Of a stretch of DNA of 64,000 nt, positions 36,901-50,670 are shown one piece after another. Origin of the DNA: Mizuhopecten yessoensis. Its lineage: Eukaryota. The notes beneath the pieces are model-generated. The model made no database searches. It saw nothing but the letters and a program-made list of their open reading frames with translations, and was not told where the DNA came from. The stretch's first letter is position 1. Every line of letters starts with the position of its first letter. The DNA lies in NCBI RefSeq assembly GCF_002113885.1, contig NW_018408310.1, positions 184,201-248,200 on the forward strand. Direction: 5' to 3'. The translations under genes were made by a program, and so were the position numbers.

Positions 36901-39643
36901 TATTTTGTGAATAGTTGGGAAATACATGCATCTGTTTTGTTTGAATGACTTTATTTTGTTGTTTGACATATTTCATTATGTGGGGTGTAGTAATACTGCA
37001 CACTGTCAAATATTCGCGTTTCAGCGATAACGTCCGTACGTCCGTATAAGTAGTTATAATTTTACACTTCATTGTTCCCTTTATGAACAATTCTCTGTCA
37101 TTCCGGTGGTAGATAAGAGATAAAACTAAAGAAAGGCGAATATTTCGAGATCTCATCATAACGACAAGCGGCGCAATTGAAATTAAAACTGTTATTGTAG
37201 AATCTATAAAATATCACTGTTTGATCAATCACTTGATGTTTTTGGTAAATGACAGGATGAGGAGAAAATACTAATATATAACATAAGAACAGAAAAACAC
37301 ATACACACAGCGTGCATGCCATATGTCTACTGTAAAAGTTGTTTCCTTCATTGCGTAGATTGGTTATGTTATAAAAATTGTTTCCGTCATTGCGTAGATT
37401 GGGTTTGTTATAAATCTTTTTTTTTTCTTCATTGCGTAGATTGGCTTTGTTATAAACATTGATTCCGTCATTGCGTAGATTGGATTTATTATAAACCTTT
37501 CTTTTTTCTTCATTGCGTAGAATTGGTTTGTTATAAACATTGTTTCCTTCATTGCGTAGATTGGGTTTGTTATAAACATTGTTACTTTTATTGCGTAGAT
37601 TGGTTTTGTTATAAACATTTTTTACTTTATTGCATATAATGGATTTGTTATAAACATTGTTTCTTTCATTGCGTAGATTGGGTTTGGTATAAACATTGTT
37701 TCCTTTATAGCATATATTGGATTTGTTATAAACATTGTTTACTTTATTGCATATATTGTATTTGTTATAAACATTGTTACTTTTATTGCGTAGATTGGTT
37801 TTGTTATAAACATTGTTTCTTTTATTGCGTAGATTGGGTTTGTGATAAACATTGGTTCGTTCATTGTGTAAATAAGGTTTGTTATAAACATTGATTAATT
37901 CATGTTTTTCTTTTACAGCCCACCATGGCTATTTTTCGTTGTGCCCCGGATCACGAAAAACGACCTATTTTTAACTTTGCCCATCGTATCTGCGGAATAA
38001 GTGCACATATAATTGCCGGTAATACATTAAAAACAATTCTTTTGAATTTTAACGTATTGTTTGCTTGTGATAATATGTTAAAAGTAAAAGTCAAAATTCA
38101 AATTTCTTATCCTTATTCTTAAGGTTTGAATGCACTTTATAAAAAGCAAAAACGTACATTTATTAAAATCACTTATTAATTCATTGCGTTTCATAGATAT
38201 TTTAATTAATTTGTTTGTAAACTAGTACCAGCAGAAAACTTTGTAATCGATGACCTTCTTTCATATTTATTGTATTTACGGTTTTTTCATCATGATGTCT
38301 TAATGTTGGTATCTTAATGTAATTATCATTCTTTCTATCATCTGGACATTAACATTTTGATTTGATATTAAAACTTCAACGTTTTTGCTGTTAAGAAATA
38401 ATATCAATATATTAAGGGATTGACGAGTTAACATTCTGATTTAAAAGCACAAATTTTAATCACATAAAAGAAGTAGTACATAAAGACATTCGATATTTAT
38501 GTATATATTCCAGCAATAACAATCATTTTCGGAACTTATCTGGAAAAGTCTCAAGCAACCGGAAGTGCGTCTGGTGTTGCGATTGCATACCTTTGGGTGT
38601 TTATGATTGTGAACATCGTATTGGAAGTATATATGTTAACGAAAAGAAGGGAAGCAGGTATGTTCATAACACATAAGAATAAATGTGTAATTCGATAAAA
38701 AAAAAGTCTTATGTTGCCGTAAACGTTGATTAAGATTAACGTCTATTTCGTATTGCAGAGACATTCATACCATGCTCAATATGCGGAATAGTGTATGCAA
38801 TAGGAGTTGATTAAACAAAATTAAATCCAGAAGAACGTAGATTTTAATATTAATAAGAGATACGTATACAATATCACCAGGAACATATGGAAATACATCT
38901 ATATTGATTGATTGTTTTGTAATGTGATTTGAGTTTTGGTTACACAGCATATCTTGCTAGTGTATATACGCAATTAACACTTCCTGTACTTGTAACTCAA
39001 CTGATCAGGACGTTCTGCAGACATCGAACTTGTCAATCAAGGAGGGAGGGAGTCGCTGACACCGGAAGGGCTTCAACAGGTATTTGTACACTATGAGCAC
39101 ACTTATATATTACGACATCTTCGTTAAGGATATTCACTTTTGCATATAAAAGTAGGTACACATTTGCACGTGAATTACCAAGGAAAGAGTGACGCGCTTA
39201 TTAGATAATATCAGTACATTTCTGTTACTGCTACCTCCAATATTTGTAAACACAGACACTATACTAAACATCAATTGTTTAAACCGCCTACATTCTTCGA
39301 AATCGCGTAGTTCAAAGGCAATAGCGTTAAAGATGTTTGCAAACTTTCAATGAATTACAATAATTTAAAGTTGTTTGATAATAATATCATGGCAACCTGA
39401 TTTTTTCCTATAGTAGTGAAAATAATTATGGAAGGATTAAAAATATTTGTAACGTCAGCTTTATCAATGGAAAAAATTGCAATGGGAACAATTAAAGATA
39501 TGAAAAAATGTTTTAGTATTGTTACCGACAGATTTTCTGTTTTACAGACGGAGGAATTTGCAGTAAAGTGTGCCTTCGGGGTCCAGATATTACTGATGTC
39601 TGTCTTCGCTCTCACACTGCTTGTCCTCATAAACAGTGGCTGA
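30965..39643 (+). CDS. FRRS1-like: Gene C: DOMON + cytochrome b561 protein (ferric-chelate reductase 1/SDR2-like; no reeler domain found)
   Basis: Exons 30965-31153, 32939-33034, 34352-34505, 35411-35524, 35915-36030, 36140-36226, 36730-36816, 37919-38018, 38514-38657, 39009-39079, 39548-39643 join in frame. DOMON WAAIGFSGDRSM...TKH; four b561 His ligands KAHG, IHR, YHP, AHR; ARY, WF and FRC motifs; 6 TM segments. ~434 aa if joined to the leader at 6835-6885. Confidence 0.9.
31415..32984 (+). repeat. 61-bp tandem array (26 units) made of the splice acceptor plus first 46 nt of a gene C exon
   Basis: Unit TGTATTGTATTACAG|GGATCAGACAGTGTTGTTGCCTGTGTGAGTTCCGGTGGAGTAATTG. The last unit (32939) is the start of the real exon. 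Confidence 0.95.
33128..33212. repeat. 30-bp tandem repeat, 3 copies
   Basis: TACGGGGAGTGGCAGATCCAACGTCCAAAA x3. Confidence 0.9.
33832..33901 (-). mobile_element. Degenerate tRNA-like SINE head
   Basis: Minus strand CAGGTAGCTCAGCTTGTA...GAGGTCGAGGGTTTCAACCCCGGACTGGG with decayed A/B boxes. Confidence 0.5.
34680..34800 (-). mobile_element. SINE fragment with a V-domain-like core
   Basis: GGAAATCCGGAGTACCCACAGAAAAACCAC, the reverse complement of a V-SINE-like core. Related copies at ~49770-49950 and ~62575-63175. Confidence 0.55.
37330..37895. repeat. ~39-bp minisatellite, ~14 copies
   Basis: Unit ATTGCGTAGATTGGGTTTGTTATAAACATTGTTTCYTTC, ending ~25 bp before the acceptor at 37918. Confidence 0.92.
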
Positions 39644-42600
39644 TGCACGTCTTTCTGCACGGGAAACGTCTGGAAGTTGGACAAGACATTAAGATCCAGC
39701 CGTTGTTGTAATGCCACTGTAGATTAAATGCAGTCATGCTCATTCGCGATGGAAATGAAAATTTCAGCCTCTCATGGAAAACATTAATTATATGTGTTAT
39801 ATTGGAATCTTTATGTATAAAAATAAAGTAAAATACTTAAATAAGGCGGGCATATTTTATTTGTATTTTTGTGTTAAGGAACAGCAGACATATTTGCAGT
39901 CTTTGCTTGTTTTTCATTTACTCTAACTGCTTTACTTTGTAATGAAGATTGTGACATCAATTTTCGATATGTTACATGTGTTATATAATTAAGAAATGTT
40001 CAACGAAAAAATAATTAACGAAGTCGCTTCCTGCCTTTGTTGGTTATTTTTTCCAACATTTTCGAATGCCAAGTTATATACTCCTCGATAATATATAAAT
40101 GCATTTATATGCTGGTTAATATCTACTGTACACAGTAAAATGTAACGATTTTTGTTCGTAGATTAGCAAAGTGACCCAGATAAATCTCATTGTTTTAATG
40201 AGGCTTTTCTCTTGCACATCCCATCATTTGTCACGTGATGCCTATATGTCTTCATTTCTCAACAAACTTTGCGTTTTTATCTTTCTGTGGGCAGTTTTCC
40301 TATTTTTGTGTATAAAGCCTTGATATTTTTGGGAAGGATTTTCTATTGTCAGTCGGCATTTTGTCGACAGACGATAAACAATACACACTGACGTCATGCT
40401 TTATGCCAGACGTTTATTTCCATCAATCAAATCCACCAATCTATCGACATCGCTCGTCAATACATGAAATCAGCATTTGACAGATTTTTAAACACTATTT
40501 CGAGTTACTTTCGTGGTAAGTTCAGTGGTACAATCTGACTTTAAGATTAACAGATTTTAACATGAGGTTAAATGTAGATTTTGTGTGTTTGTCTATTAGC
40601 AAATCCTCAAATGTATACAAAAGCGGGTACTAACATTCGAAAAAATGAAATCAGTAACGCGACTCGCTTATTTATTGGTACTTTTGCCGGGGAGGTGTTT
40701 TTGAAGAGTGTTGGTCTGTTGGGAAAGAATACACGTCAGGACAAGTTTTGTGGTTTCCGTTAGATTTTTCCTATCTTGAAATTCTTAATATATGTTTTTG
40801 ATGTATGATTTGGTTAAGTTTATGATAGAAAGATTCCCAAACACGTTTCCATCCAAGATGTTTTATACAAATTCCGCAGAATTCATATAAGTGGGAGTCC
40901 TTATTTGATCCTCTATAACTATTGTTAAATTGATATTTGGAGCATGACATTTGCTACATAGCATATCAAGATAATCCCTTCATTATTTATTTATTATTCT
41001 TTTATTTTATTCCTTCTAATTATTCGTCTTTCCTATCACTTAAGAACTAACTAAACATTAAGTGTTAACGAAATAAATTATCTTTGTATTTTATTTTTTT
41101 ACACAAACTATTTCATGGACAACTGTATAATTATCAACCTTCTGTATGCTACTACAATAGCATCGTTAGGACGGACCACCACGGAAGGAGGCTTGACTAT
41201 GTGGTTTCAGATATCTGTTCGTCTTAACTGTGGACAAAAGAGAATAAAAACCAAATCGGCTGACATTAAGGATAGCTTCTTTTTCTGATTTTGTATATTT
41301 TGTCACAGCCAAGTTGTTTTTTAATTCTGTATCTTGATACACTTTGTCTAAATGTAAATGTTATGATATTAAATAGATTCATAAAGAGATAATAAATAAC
41401 TATTATCATATCATTATAAATGAATTGTTGGTTACTTTCAAAATTGTGTTATTTAGCTTTGTGAAAGACATATTAAAAGCATCAATTAAAAGTGGGGAAT
41501 GTTACAAAACATGTATTTGAATATCTCAAAATACATAATTTATTGATCTTTCTGGTCCTTCCAATGAATTTAATAAAAATCGGTTAACGCAGAATTAACG
41601 TATTAGTTCGTTATCTCAGTACATCTCTATAAATAATAAACAAAGTAACGCCATGGCAGTTTTCTCATCTTTTAAAGTCTTAATATTGAAGCAATTATGA
41701 AGATCAGTTCTAGAATTAAAAAAAAACAAGTTTAGACCAAAGCGGGCGCATTATATGCATATTAATTAGCCCTATAATTATCACCGTATAAGTCGTTTAT
41801 GTGGCTCAGTCGAATTAACACAAATGGTAAATCAATGTTTGTAAATGAGCCTTATAGCACGCCGGAATGAAATTTTGAAGTTCATTTCAAAAACGTTGTT
41901 AATGCTTTGAAATTCCAAAATGCTAAATAAGAATAGAAATTTACAACTTGAATTAATATTTCTAAACTTCAGTAACGAGTCAACCTTGTTGACTGATTTT
42001 TTGTAAGGTAAGAAAGGTCTGAATTCAGGCTTTACTGTCATAAAGACAATGTCCTGATAAATTACCGCCTTGGTGCTGTTTATCGTGTATGCAGATATCT
42101 GTTTCAAGAGAAATTGTGTAAACTACGTGGCGACTGATATATATATATAAAATGATCACGACTTTTCAGACTTTATCGTAAATTATTTTTATTTTCATTT
42201 TATGAAGAGTTGTCTCCCATGGGTTGCTGTAGCGTATGCGTAATTGAAAAAATGAATTTCACAAAATTAAGAAAGACATTTAAGATATTTATTGCTAATA
42301 CATATGTATTGTAGAGGATTCTTGAACGAAATATAAAAATAATCGTGATTTCTTTCTCAAAAATGTGTTCATCGATAAAATTATCCAGATGTAAGGAGTA
42401 ATTTTGAACATTAACCCTTCCAAGGTACTTTTAAGCGCATCACGGTATGTACTTTGATAAGCACTAGAAATGGTAGTTATACTCCTATAGTAAGATATCA
42501 GAAAAAAACACTATTACTTAAATGTTAATCAGAACAAATATTCAAATACACAGTAGGAAAAGTGAATAATTTTATTGCAGGATAAATATAAATACATACA

Positions 42601-43199
42601 AAAGGAATATTTGAAAAAAAAAATGTCGATACACATTTGTCAACTTTATTAGTGTTTATAACCTTTAATATCAAATATAATAAAATGGAGAACAATATCG
42701 CAATAGAGCTTACCAGTAAATTATCTATAGCCATTTAATGTATGCGGATGACGCTACAAATTTAACTAGGTAAAACATCTGAAAATGAATTTAAAACCAT
42801 TATTCTTCACAATGAAACCCGAGGAGCCATGTGAAGGGTAAACGCTGCTAGACTTGATTTTTTCTATACATACCTACTTCACATGGACATTTTATCTTTT
42901 AATTATATATATATCAAAGAAAATCAAACGTCCTTGTGATTGTTTAATAAACTAAGAAATGACAAAAGAGTGTCTTTTTACTTACCTAGCTAGTACTTTC
43001 ACCTCGTGGAGTGGGGAGATATATATGTATGAATAAACGAAACTTTTACTAAATGTGCAAATATATAAAGAATAAATTGCGACTGTTCTGACATTGAAAT
43101 TTGTCCAGTTTTGATCAAGACACAAAAACAAGAAATAATAACATAATTAAAAACGTATGAAAAGTTCTGCTTAATTTGTGTGCTGATGTGAAAGCATAT

Positions 43200-43422
43200 T
43201 CCTTCGGGATCGAAGGTTCATCAATCTCAAGACACTTCGGCCAGCTACGGATCAAATGCTCACCCACCTCAAGAGACTTCGGGCGGATAGGGATCAAAGG
43301 CTCTTCATAAAACCGACTCAAGACACTTCGGCTGGCTAGAGATCATAGATTCATCCATCTCAAAAGTCTTCTGCCGGCTAGGGATCAAAGGCTTTTCATA
43401 AATCCGACTCAAGACACTTCGC
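43200..43422. repeat. Composite 40/48-bp repeat downstream of gene D
   Basis: Core CTCAAGACACTTCGGCYGGCTAGGGATCAAAG with two alternating spacers. Longer paralogous array at 56515-56882. Confidence 0.85.
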
Positions 43423-43847
43423 TTCAATAGTGAAGATCATAAATTCATTTGAGGACTTTCCCGCAATTTAAATACCTTTTGGATCATGCAGATGAAGACG
43501 ATTTGGGTTTAAGCGGCCTTTGGTTTTGTTCTGGTTTTTTGACAACTTGTCATTAATTACATGTAGTAGAAATTCTCAAAAGACGTCCAATTATTGGGGT
43601 TTATTTATATTTATGTATTGATAAATTATTATTTTTATTTACCAAATGTACTCCTCCGCGAAATATCAGCGTTACACAGTAGTCTTATGGTTAAGTTTAC
43701 ATTAACAACTCTTTTTCATTATCGATTTAATATTGCGTAAAGCATCTCACTTAAGTCTCTATTAGTATGATTTGTGAAAATGTTTGTTTCCCGTAAATGG
43801 TGGGCTGGCAATCTTGTGATCTTTTGGTTCAAATCCCACTGGTAATC

Positions 43848-46800
43848 CTAATGTAGCATATAGGACAGCCAGGCACCGATGAGACAAGCGCAAAGGGATA
43901 CAGATGCTGGTTTTATGTTGTGTCCTGTGCCCTTCATGACAGGATAAGAGTATGACTTAGGGGAGACTCCTCGGTTGTTTTTGTGGTAAGCAGGTACACC
44001 ACCTGAGCAAATACGAAACTTGCTATAGATAATAGAAATATATATTCTATCACAATATTCATTATACATGATTGGAAAATAACGATATAAGTATTGCCAT
44101 ACAAATTATTTGCGACATAATAACATGACCATACAATCGTAGTAAGAGATAGCCACAGTTAATGCTGATTCTAACCAGTAACTGATTTTGAAATTTGCAT
44201 TTCTGTTTCCCTTTCTCTCTTTGTTTTTTTTTTTAGATATTGACAATAACTTAATTCCAATAGCTTTACTCTTTATTTGCATTTTTATAACTTTTTGCTA
44301 TAAAAAAGAGCTTTAGATCGCTGAAGGTTGTTGATCTTAACCAATCATAGAGCGTTCTTACCTGTTACCGCCCCCCATGCTCGAATCAGGAAGAACGAAT
44401 CGGTCAGAGACCTAAGAGTGTCCTCGTTCTTGGTGGGTTTCTTGATTCGATCAAAGGAGCATGTAGTTATGTTATTTGTATCAGCAAATGATGTGTTCCG
44501 AATTCCATACAAGTCCTGAAAATTGAACGATAATAATTATCACATTTAAAACACTGTAGATGGAATAAATGTACGACTTTCAATTTTATTATAAAACTAC
44601 TCTGGCTATAAACTCCATTACCAATCACATGATTCGAAATGCGGAATCTGTAATAACATTATGTAGCTATTTTGGTTTAGAATTAGAAGGAATTCGGATT
44701 TCACATTCTCACATGACATTTGCATATAATGAAACTATGTTGACGTATTGTGTCTAATTGTGAAGATATATTATCGTGGGTGATCACTTTGTACCAAACG
44801 CTAAATGAATCAAGATTTATCAATATAATTCAACTCTTCCACAAGAATGTGCAATTATACCCCAATGATTGCACGATTGATGTCTTCTACATTGACGTCC
44901 GATAGAAAAGAAAACACTGCCTACAATGAGACGTTATTAATTATGCAATACACAAAAGCTTTCCCTAACTGTATATATACATATCTATGATTCAATATAT
45001 AATATATCTCATCGTTGCAGAATCAATATTGAGAATATGAAGGACACCAAATTTGTTGTTGTTGTACCACGTTGGAACAAAGTTTGTATAACGTTGTATG
45101 AATGTTGAATTCAGATAACATCATAACGCTATTAGAACATTGTGAAAAGGCGCCAGGAAAACTTTCATATACAACTTTCTACGGCCCAAAATTCAGCGTT
45201 AGGACGTGACCTTAACAACGTTATGTGCCCCCCGGGATCCTTGTCGCTGAGTGTATGGTTTCCTTAGGTATCTTGATTAAGCAGATATATACATAATACA
45301 GCAAATATTATTTAATACAACTGATAATTGGCTGACAAATAATGGTGTGCGCGGTCTTTTTCAAAAAAGTTTTACAGCAAAAGCTAAAAGTGCGAAGGGT
45401 TCCGATTATTAACAAGTGATAAATACGTTATTGTATATATAGAACACTATCTATCGTTGTAATGATCTCAAAGCGTAATTGTTGTCATGGAAACATCGAC
45501 TCTAATTATATGTATTCTTATTATAATTATATAGTAAGTGTGATGTTTTCAACGACATGTTGTAACAAACTTACTGTTCCAGGCGCGTATGTGCGACCCT
45601 GTGTGTATCCAAGCTGTACATTGTCATCACTTCGGCACATCACTATACTGCTGTCCGGCTGGTCAAATAAAAACCGTCTTTCTGTTTAATTCTCAAAGTC
45701 TATCAATCAAAAATGTTCCAAAAGACAGTGAATATTTTCTCTGTAGTCATTAAATGTGGGATGAAAACCTCCAGTATTTTTCCTCACTAAAGAGTCGTTC
45801 TTGTGGGATTACTTAAACATTAATTCAAGTTATCTCACGTAAATACTCTTCCCTAATTGTGTCATAAGCAATTTCAATTCAAAATTATTTTTGTTGTTTT
45901 TTTAATCTTGTTTATGTTAAAATTATATCAACACATGTGTTTATAATCTGCAACACCAGGAACGCTTACCATTTGATTGTTTCCGGAGAACCCAAGGGCG
46001 ATATAGTGCTCGCCTGATGGGACAATTTCCATCTTCATCTCAAACCGTAGATAATCCAAGTCGGTGTTCCACCAACTGATCAGGAAGCCGACACACCCTT
46101 CAGCGGGACATTCTGCAGGCCAGCATATCTTAGCTTTTCCACATTGTGAGTCTGGTGGAATTTCTCCATTGGTAAGCTAGTCATTACATAAATAAACTAG
46201 AATTAGAAACGACTACTTAACATGTAAACCCGGAACTAACACAGTCATTAGGAAAACCAAACCAAGTTTCTTCGGAGTGGTATTTCCAGCACCATATATT
46301 AAAACTGTGCATAATCAATCGTTTAACACACAGTCTTATTGATCGTCTGATTTTTGAAGGTTTTTAAAACGACTTTAAGCTGAAAAAAAAACCATTTGCT
46401 GATTTAGGATGTTGGACTAATTATAGCAAAACTATTCAGTTATAATCCCCTTAAATTAAAATACACACAACACAATGTGTGTGCATGTTTTATACCCACA
46501 AATCTGTGTTGTTGTTGCTGTACAGTTAAAATGCTCATTCTCCAACACCAAAATGAGTTGTATCCCCTTCTCTATGAAATACCACTGAAGAAATCCTCTT
46601 GAAGAAACCTTTAGTGAAGTGTGTTTTAAATAAACTACATTGTACAATGTTCCTTACATACAACATAAAAGTATTTGTTTTTTCTGTTGACAAGCCTGTT
46701 TTTAATTTAACACTCTAGTGCATTTGATATCAAGTGAAAAGTTTAGAAACCTAGTGGTGAAACCTATTTTCATTTTGATGTCTGGTGGTGAAACCTATTT

Positions 46801-47519
46801 TAATTTTAATGTCTCTTGGTGAAACCTATTTTCATTTTGATGTCTGATGGAGAAACTTATTTTCAATTTGATGTCTAGTGGTGAAACTTATTTTCATTAT
46901 GATTTCTGGTGGTGACAACTATTTTTCCTTAATCATTTTCGTTTTGTCTCTTTATTAAACATTACTCACATTACAATGGTACACACACGATTATAGAAAC
47001 AATGCCAAAATTTACAGAAACATATAAAATCATTTGCTTCGCTAAAAACACTTCCTTTGTTAAAGAAATATATATCGTTTTAAGTATGGACCAGTGTTAT
47101 CAAACTCACATAACTGTATTAAGCGAGCTTTTCACAGGTTAGTTAAATACATGACAATCGACATTTAAATACATGATAATGGACATTTGAATACATGATA
47201 ATCGATATTTTAATCAAATGTATCAGCTCATCTACCAATAACATATCGTCTTTGTATCTCATAAATTGTGTAAATTTCAAGGAAGTATCGTCCGATACTG
47301 TCGGAAAATTCAAATGATTTTTATATCATATAACTCAGTTACACTAGAAAACACTGAGGTTATTTTTTATGTGCAATTTCACAATGATGTAATCAATGTA
47401 ATACAAAAAAAATATTGTAGTTACTTGCAAATAGACATTTCATTGTATTAATATTCACAACATCTTACCTGAGTGAAGACGCTAGCGATAAGGATACAAA
47501 TCAGTTTGGTCCACGACAT
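43848..47519 (-). CDS. Gene D: secreted single heme-DOMON protein with GPI-signal-like tail (216 aa)
   Basis: Exons 47519-47469, 46176-45970, 45658-45575, 44515-44362, 44002-43848, GT-AG and in frame. MSWTKLICILIASVFTQ leader, YIALGFSGNNQM, SIVMC, CSFDR, RAWG, AYH, hydrophobic tail. Confidence 0.88.
46750..46925. repeat. ~31-bp minisatellite, ~5 copies
   Basis: GATGTCTRGTGGTGAAACYTATTTTCATTTT; paralogous array at 60420-60855. Confidence 0.85.
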
Positions 47520-47711
47520 CTGCAATGCAATTAATGTAGTTGTTGGAAGTACTGTTGGATAAGGTGAATGCATAATATGGAATGTTTAAGTCTTATAATA
47601 GGGATTTCACGATTTTAAGACGCAAACAGATTTTTGATGAGTTTCATTCTTTTGGATTTCATTCACAAATGATGTAAAATGTTATTACTCAATATGAGAC
47701 TGTCCTTTTAC

Positions 47712-48255
47712 CAATCTGATTAAAATCATCTGTTACATGGCTCCGCCTGAACATCTGAATGTGCCGCGGTCAGGGTCATGTTCAAGTGACCTTTAGATGA
47801 ACCAATCAGTGGCGCGCTGGCAACAGTTTACCAGCGAATCGGAATATCATGGTTGATAGATAATTAGCGAGGGGTATCGAACAGATTAGTTTTCCAAAAC
47901 AATTATGGCGGCGGGGGCTAACGTTTCTACGACGCCAAGGAAAACGTAATTACGTAGGCAACACCGCCATACTGTCTTTCTTCTCTAATAAAGCTTCGAA
48001 TTTCTTTTTCTGTTCGGGTTTCAGGCGATCAATCTCAAATAACTTCAGAACTTTTGCATCATTCTTATTAATGTCAGCCATACTTGTTACAACTCCGAGC
48101 GCCCTTTTGAAAGAGGGTCGCTGATTGGTCAAAATTTAATGAGTATTTATAAATATAAAGGTCACCTGAACGCGACTCTGACCGCGGCACACTCAGATGT
48201 TCAGGCGTAGTACGAAGTTAACGACGCCATGCAACATATGATTTTAATCAGATTG
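47712..48255. mobile_element. Non-autonomous DNA transposon with 9-bp TSD and a RecQ-like helicase fragment (AcademH-like)
   Basis: TSD TCCTTTTAC at 47703-47711 and 48256-48264. TIRs CAATCTGATTAAAATCAT.../...ATGATTTTAATCAGATTG extend ~80 bp. Internal minus-strand LKPEQKKKFEALLEKKDSMAVLPT. Empty site in the paralogue at ~62320-62335. Confidence 0.85.
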
Positions 48256-48909
48256 TCCTTTTACACTCTCACTTTTAAGATTTCACATCATTTAAGAATC
48301 CGTGAGCTTTTCTGTAACTTATATATCTTGATATAGGGTCTTTTGAATTATTAAAAATAAATAAGTAGATTATCTGTCATAAGTTTCCCTTAATATTAGA
48401 TTTAAGATACAAGTTTTGACTTTTTCATGTTTGCGAGCCTCCGGAGTCTCCGACACAAATTAATATACACAGTATCTGATAAGTGCACACCGTCAGCATA
48501 ATGCCTAGTGGAGTTGACACTCACCATGTGCGCTGTTTCAGCTCGTCATCCAGGAAAGGTGATAGAGCGGAAAGTTATGCAAGTATAATACGGGTGTTTA
48601 TTTAATGTGATGCTGTACTCACGTGGTATTTATGCTAGGTATCAATACGATCTCATCTTTTCCATGTGAGACTAGTGCATGCCATGATGGCATTTATCTT
48701 ACAAACCGGATACGTTAATAATGTTACATGACAACAGGTGCTATTTATAGGAAAGGCTTAAGTTGTAATTGTCAAATAACATGCATCAGGGACCACTCGT
48801 ACATGAGCACCTAATTTTCAGAATAAAATAGTATCCCTTTTAAGATATTTATTTTCAGATTTATTCTATTATACGTTAACACATTTAAGTGTGATGGATT
48901 AGGAAAATT

Positions 48910-49091
48910 TCACAGCTAGCATTCAACAATTCTAGCACTTCCCAACGACGTTCTCATTTACAGCTGAGTAGACTGGAACGAGCGGAGTAAAGTATCTTGT
49001 TCATAGATACAACACAGTGCCGTACCGTGATTCGAACCTGCAACCCTTCGGTCACAAGGCCAGCGTCCAACCACTAGACCACCGTGCCTCC
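48910..49091 (-). mobile_element. 5' half of the tRNA-derived SINE family at 8739-9082
   Basis: Reverse complement GGAGGCACGGTGGTCTAGTGG...GGTTCGAATCACGG...ACTCAGCTGTAAATGAG. Confidence 0.85.
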
Positions 49092-49769
49092 AATAAATGT
49101 GCCTTACAATAAATATATTATAAGTAATGATATTATATTTTACGCTATTGAATGAATTATACGTTTGTTTACCAAAAAACGTCAAATAAGTTTTGTTAAA
49201 CCTTATTTTTATTGTTTTTCACTGAGAGTGCGATACTTTCGAATATCACAATTGGCTCTGGTCGTTCGGTATTGCCCGATTTCCCTATATAGACAACGTG
49301 ACCGGAGGTATCGAATACTCCTAGCTCTGACATATAACATTTTCAAACACATAAATAATCTTTACAATATCCCTTCCAAAACCACGGAAAGGTAACTGAC
49401 TCAAACTGTGAGACACCTGACCACATAATAACCATTTGCTGTTAAGTTGCAGCTTTAACGATATTTTTTCCGTCATTTCTCATTAAATAATGAAGATAGG
49501 AAAACAAGCTGAACATTTCTACCAATCCCTCTCCTTCTATCATAAGGCAAAGTTAAGTTTACATAGACATGTGCGCATCATTAATGACATGTAATCTACA
49601 GAAAAGGTAAAAATGAATGAAATTATATAAAGGTGTAAAACAAGGTGCTAATTGCTACAATACTTTATACGTTAAACATTAAGGTAAACATCTATTACGC
49701 GATTCATTCTCAATACCGAGTGAACTGGAACAACAAATATTTTAAAAACTGTCAGGTATATTTTGATTC

Positions 49770-49950
49770 ATTTAGTTCCGATGTACGTTCTATAAACAGC
49801 TATGTTCATTTAAGGACGAGTAAGGTCTTGGTGATGAAGGAAAGCCTGAGTACCCGGAGAAAGGAGACAGTACCTGGCAACTGCCAAAGAAAGGCCTCGA
49901 ACCTGCGACCCAGTAGTAAATGATTAGTGATTATAGACGGTCAAACGCCC
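49770..49950 (-). mobile_element. Degenerate V-domain-like SINE
   Basis: GGAAAGCCTGAGTACCCGGAGAAA and CTCGAACCTGCGACC (B box on the minus strand). Confidence 0.55.
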
Positions 49951-50214
49951 CTGTTAACTATGTGAAATTCCAAGCTCAACATATCGACGTGAATCATTTG
50001 TATGACAGGGAGGGCAAACTCACACTCGTAGTTATATAGAGCCTCGAACAGTATAATCATCAATTGAGATTTCTGAATATTAACTCTTTAACAGCCTCAC
50101 AAATAACTGAAATAGTTTTTAAAAAGGTCTTTTATTACAATATCATTTTTACTTGTCTTGTTTTTAAGAGATCTATATTTGATAATGTTCATGCCAGTAA
50201 AGTAAATCACGTAC

Positions 50215-50670
50215 CTTTGCTGGGTTAGCCCGATACCGTCAGTGGCGTGAACAACACTTGCTGGGTTAGCCCGAAAGCGTCAGTTGCGTGAACAACGCTT
50301 GCTGGGTTAGCCCGAAACCGTTAGTGGCGTGAACAACACTTGCTGGGTTAACCCGATACCGTCAGTGGCGTTAACAACGCTTGCTGGGCTAGCCCGATAC
50401 CGTCAGTGACGCTTGTGAAGTGTTTGTACCTACCCCGCACTTCTTATATTCGACGAATTCCTCACTTCCGNGCGTCAGTTGCGTGAACAACGCCTGCTGG
50501 GTTAGCCCGCAACCGTTAGTGGCGTGAACAACACTTGCTGGGTTAACCCGATACCGTCAGTGGCGTTAACAACGCTTGCTGGGTTAGCCCGATACCGTCA
50601 GTGACGCTTGTGAAGTGTTTGTACCTACCCCGCACTTCTTATATTCGACGAATTCCTCACTTCCGATTCG
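50215..50670 (-). promoter_or_regulatory. Putative promoter and non-coding exon 1 of gene D, containing a 41-bp repeat
   Basis: Minus strand CGGAAGTGAG, AATATAAGAA TATA-like box, donor AAAG|GTACGT at 50215. Conserved at 63342-63445. The 41-bp unit CTTGCTGGGTTAGCCCGATACCGTCAGTGGCGTGAACAACR is repeated; N at 50471. Confidence 0.55.

Noticed and set aside
45060-45235. AACGTT-rich segment ending in GGG (paralogue at ~58620-58810)
   Set aside because: Looks like one end of an old repeat, but no matching terminus or TSD was found.
47950-48132. Host RecQ helicase gene
   Set aside because: Only ~43 codons, truncated within motif I and enclosed by TIRs and a TSD; it is transposon content.
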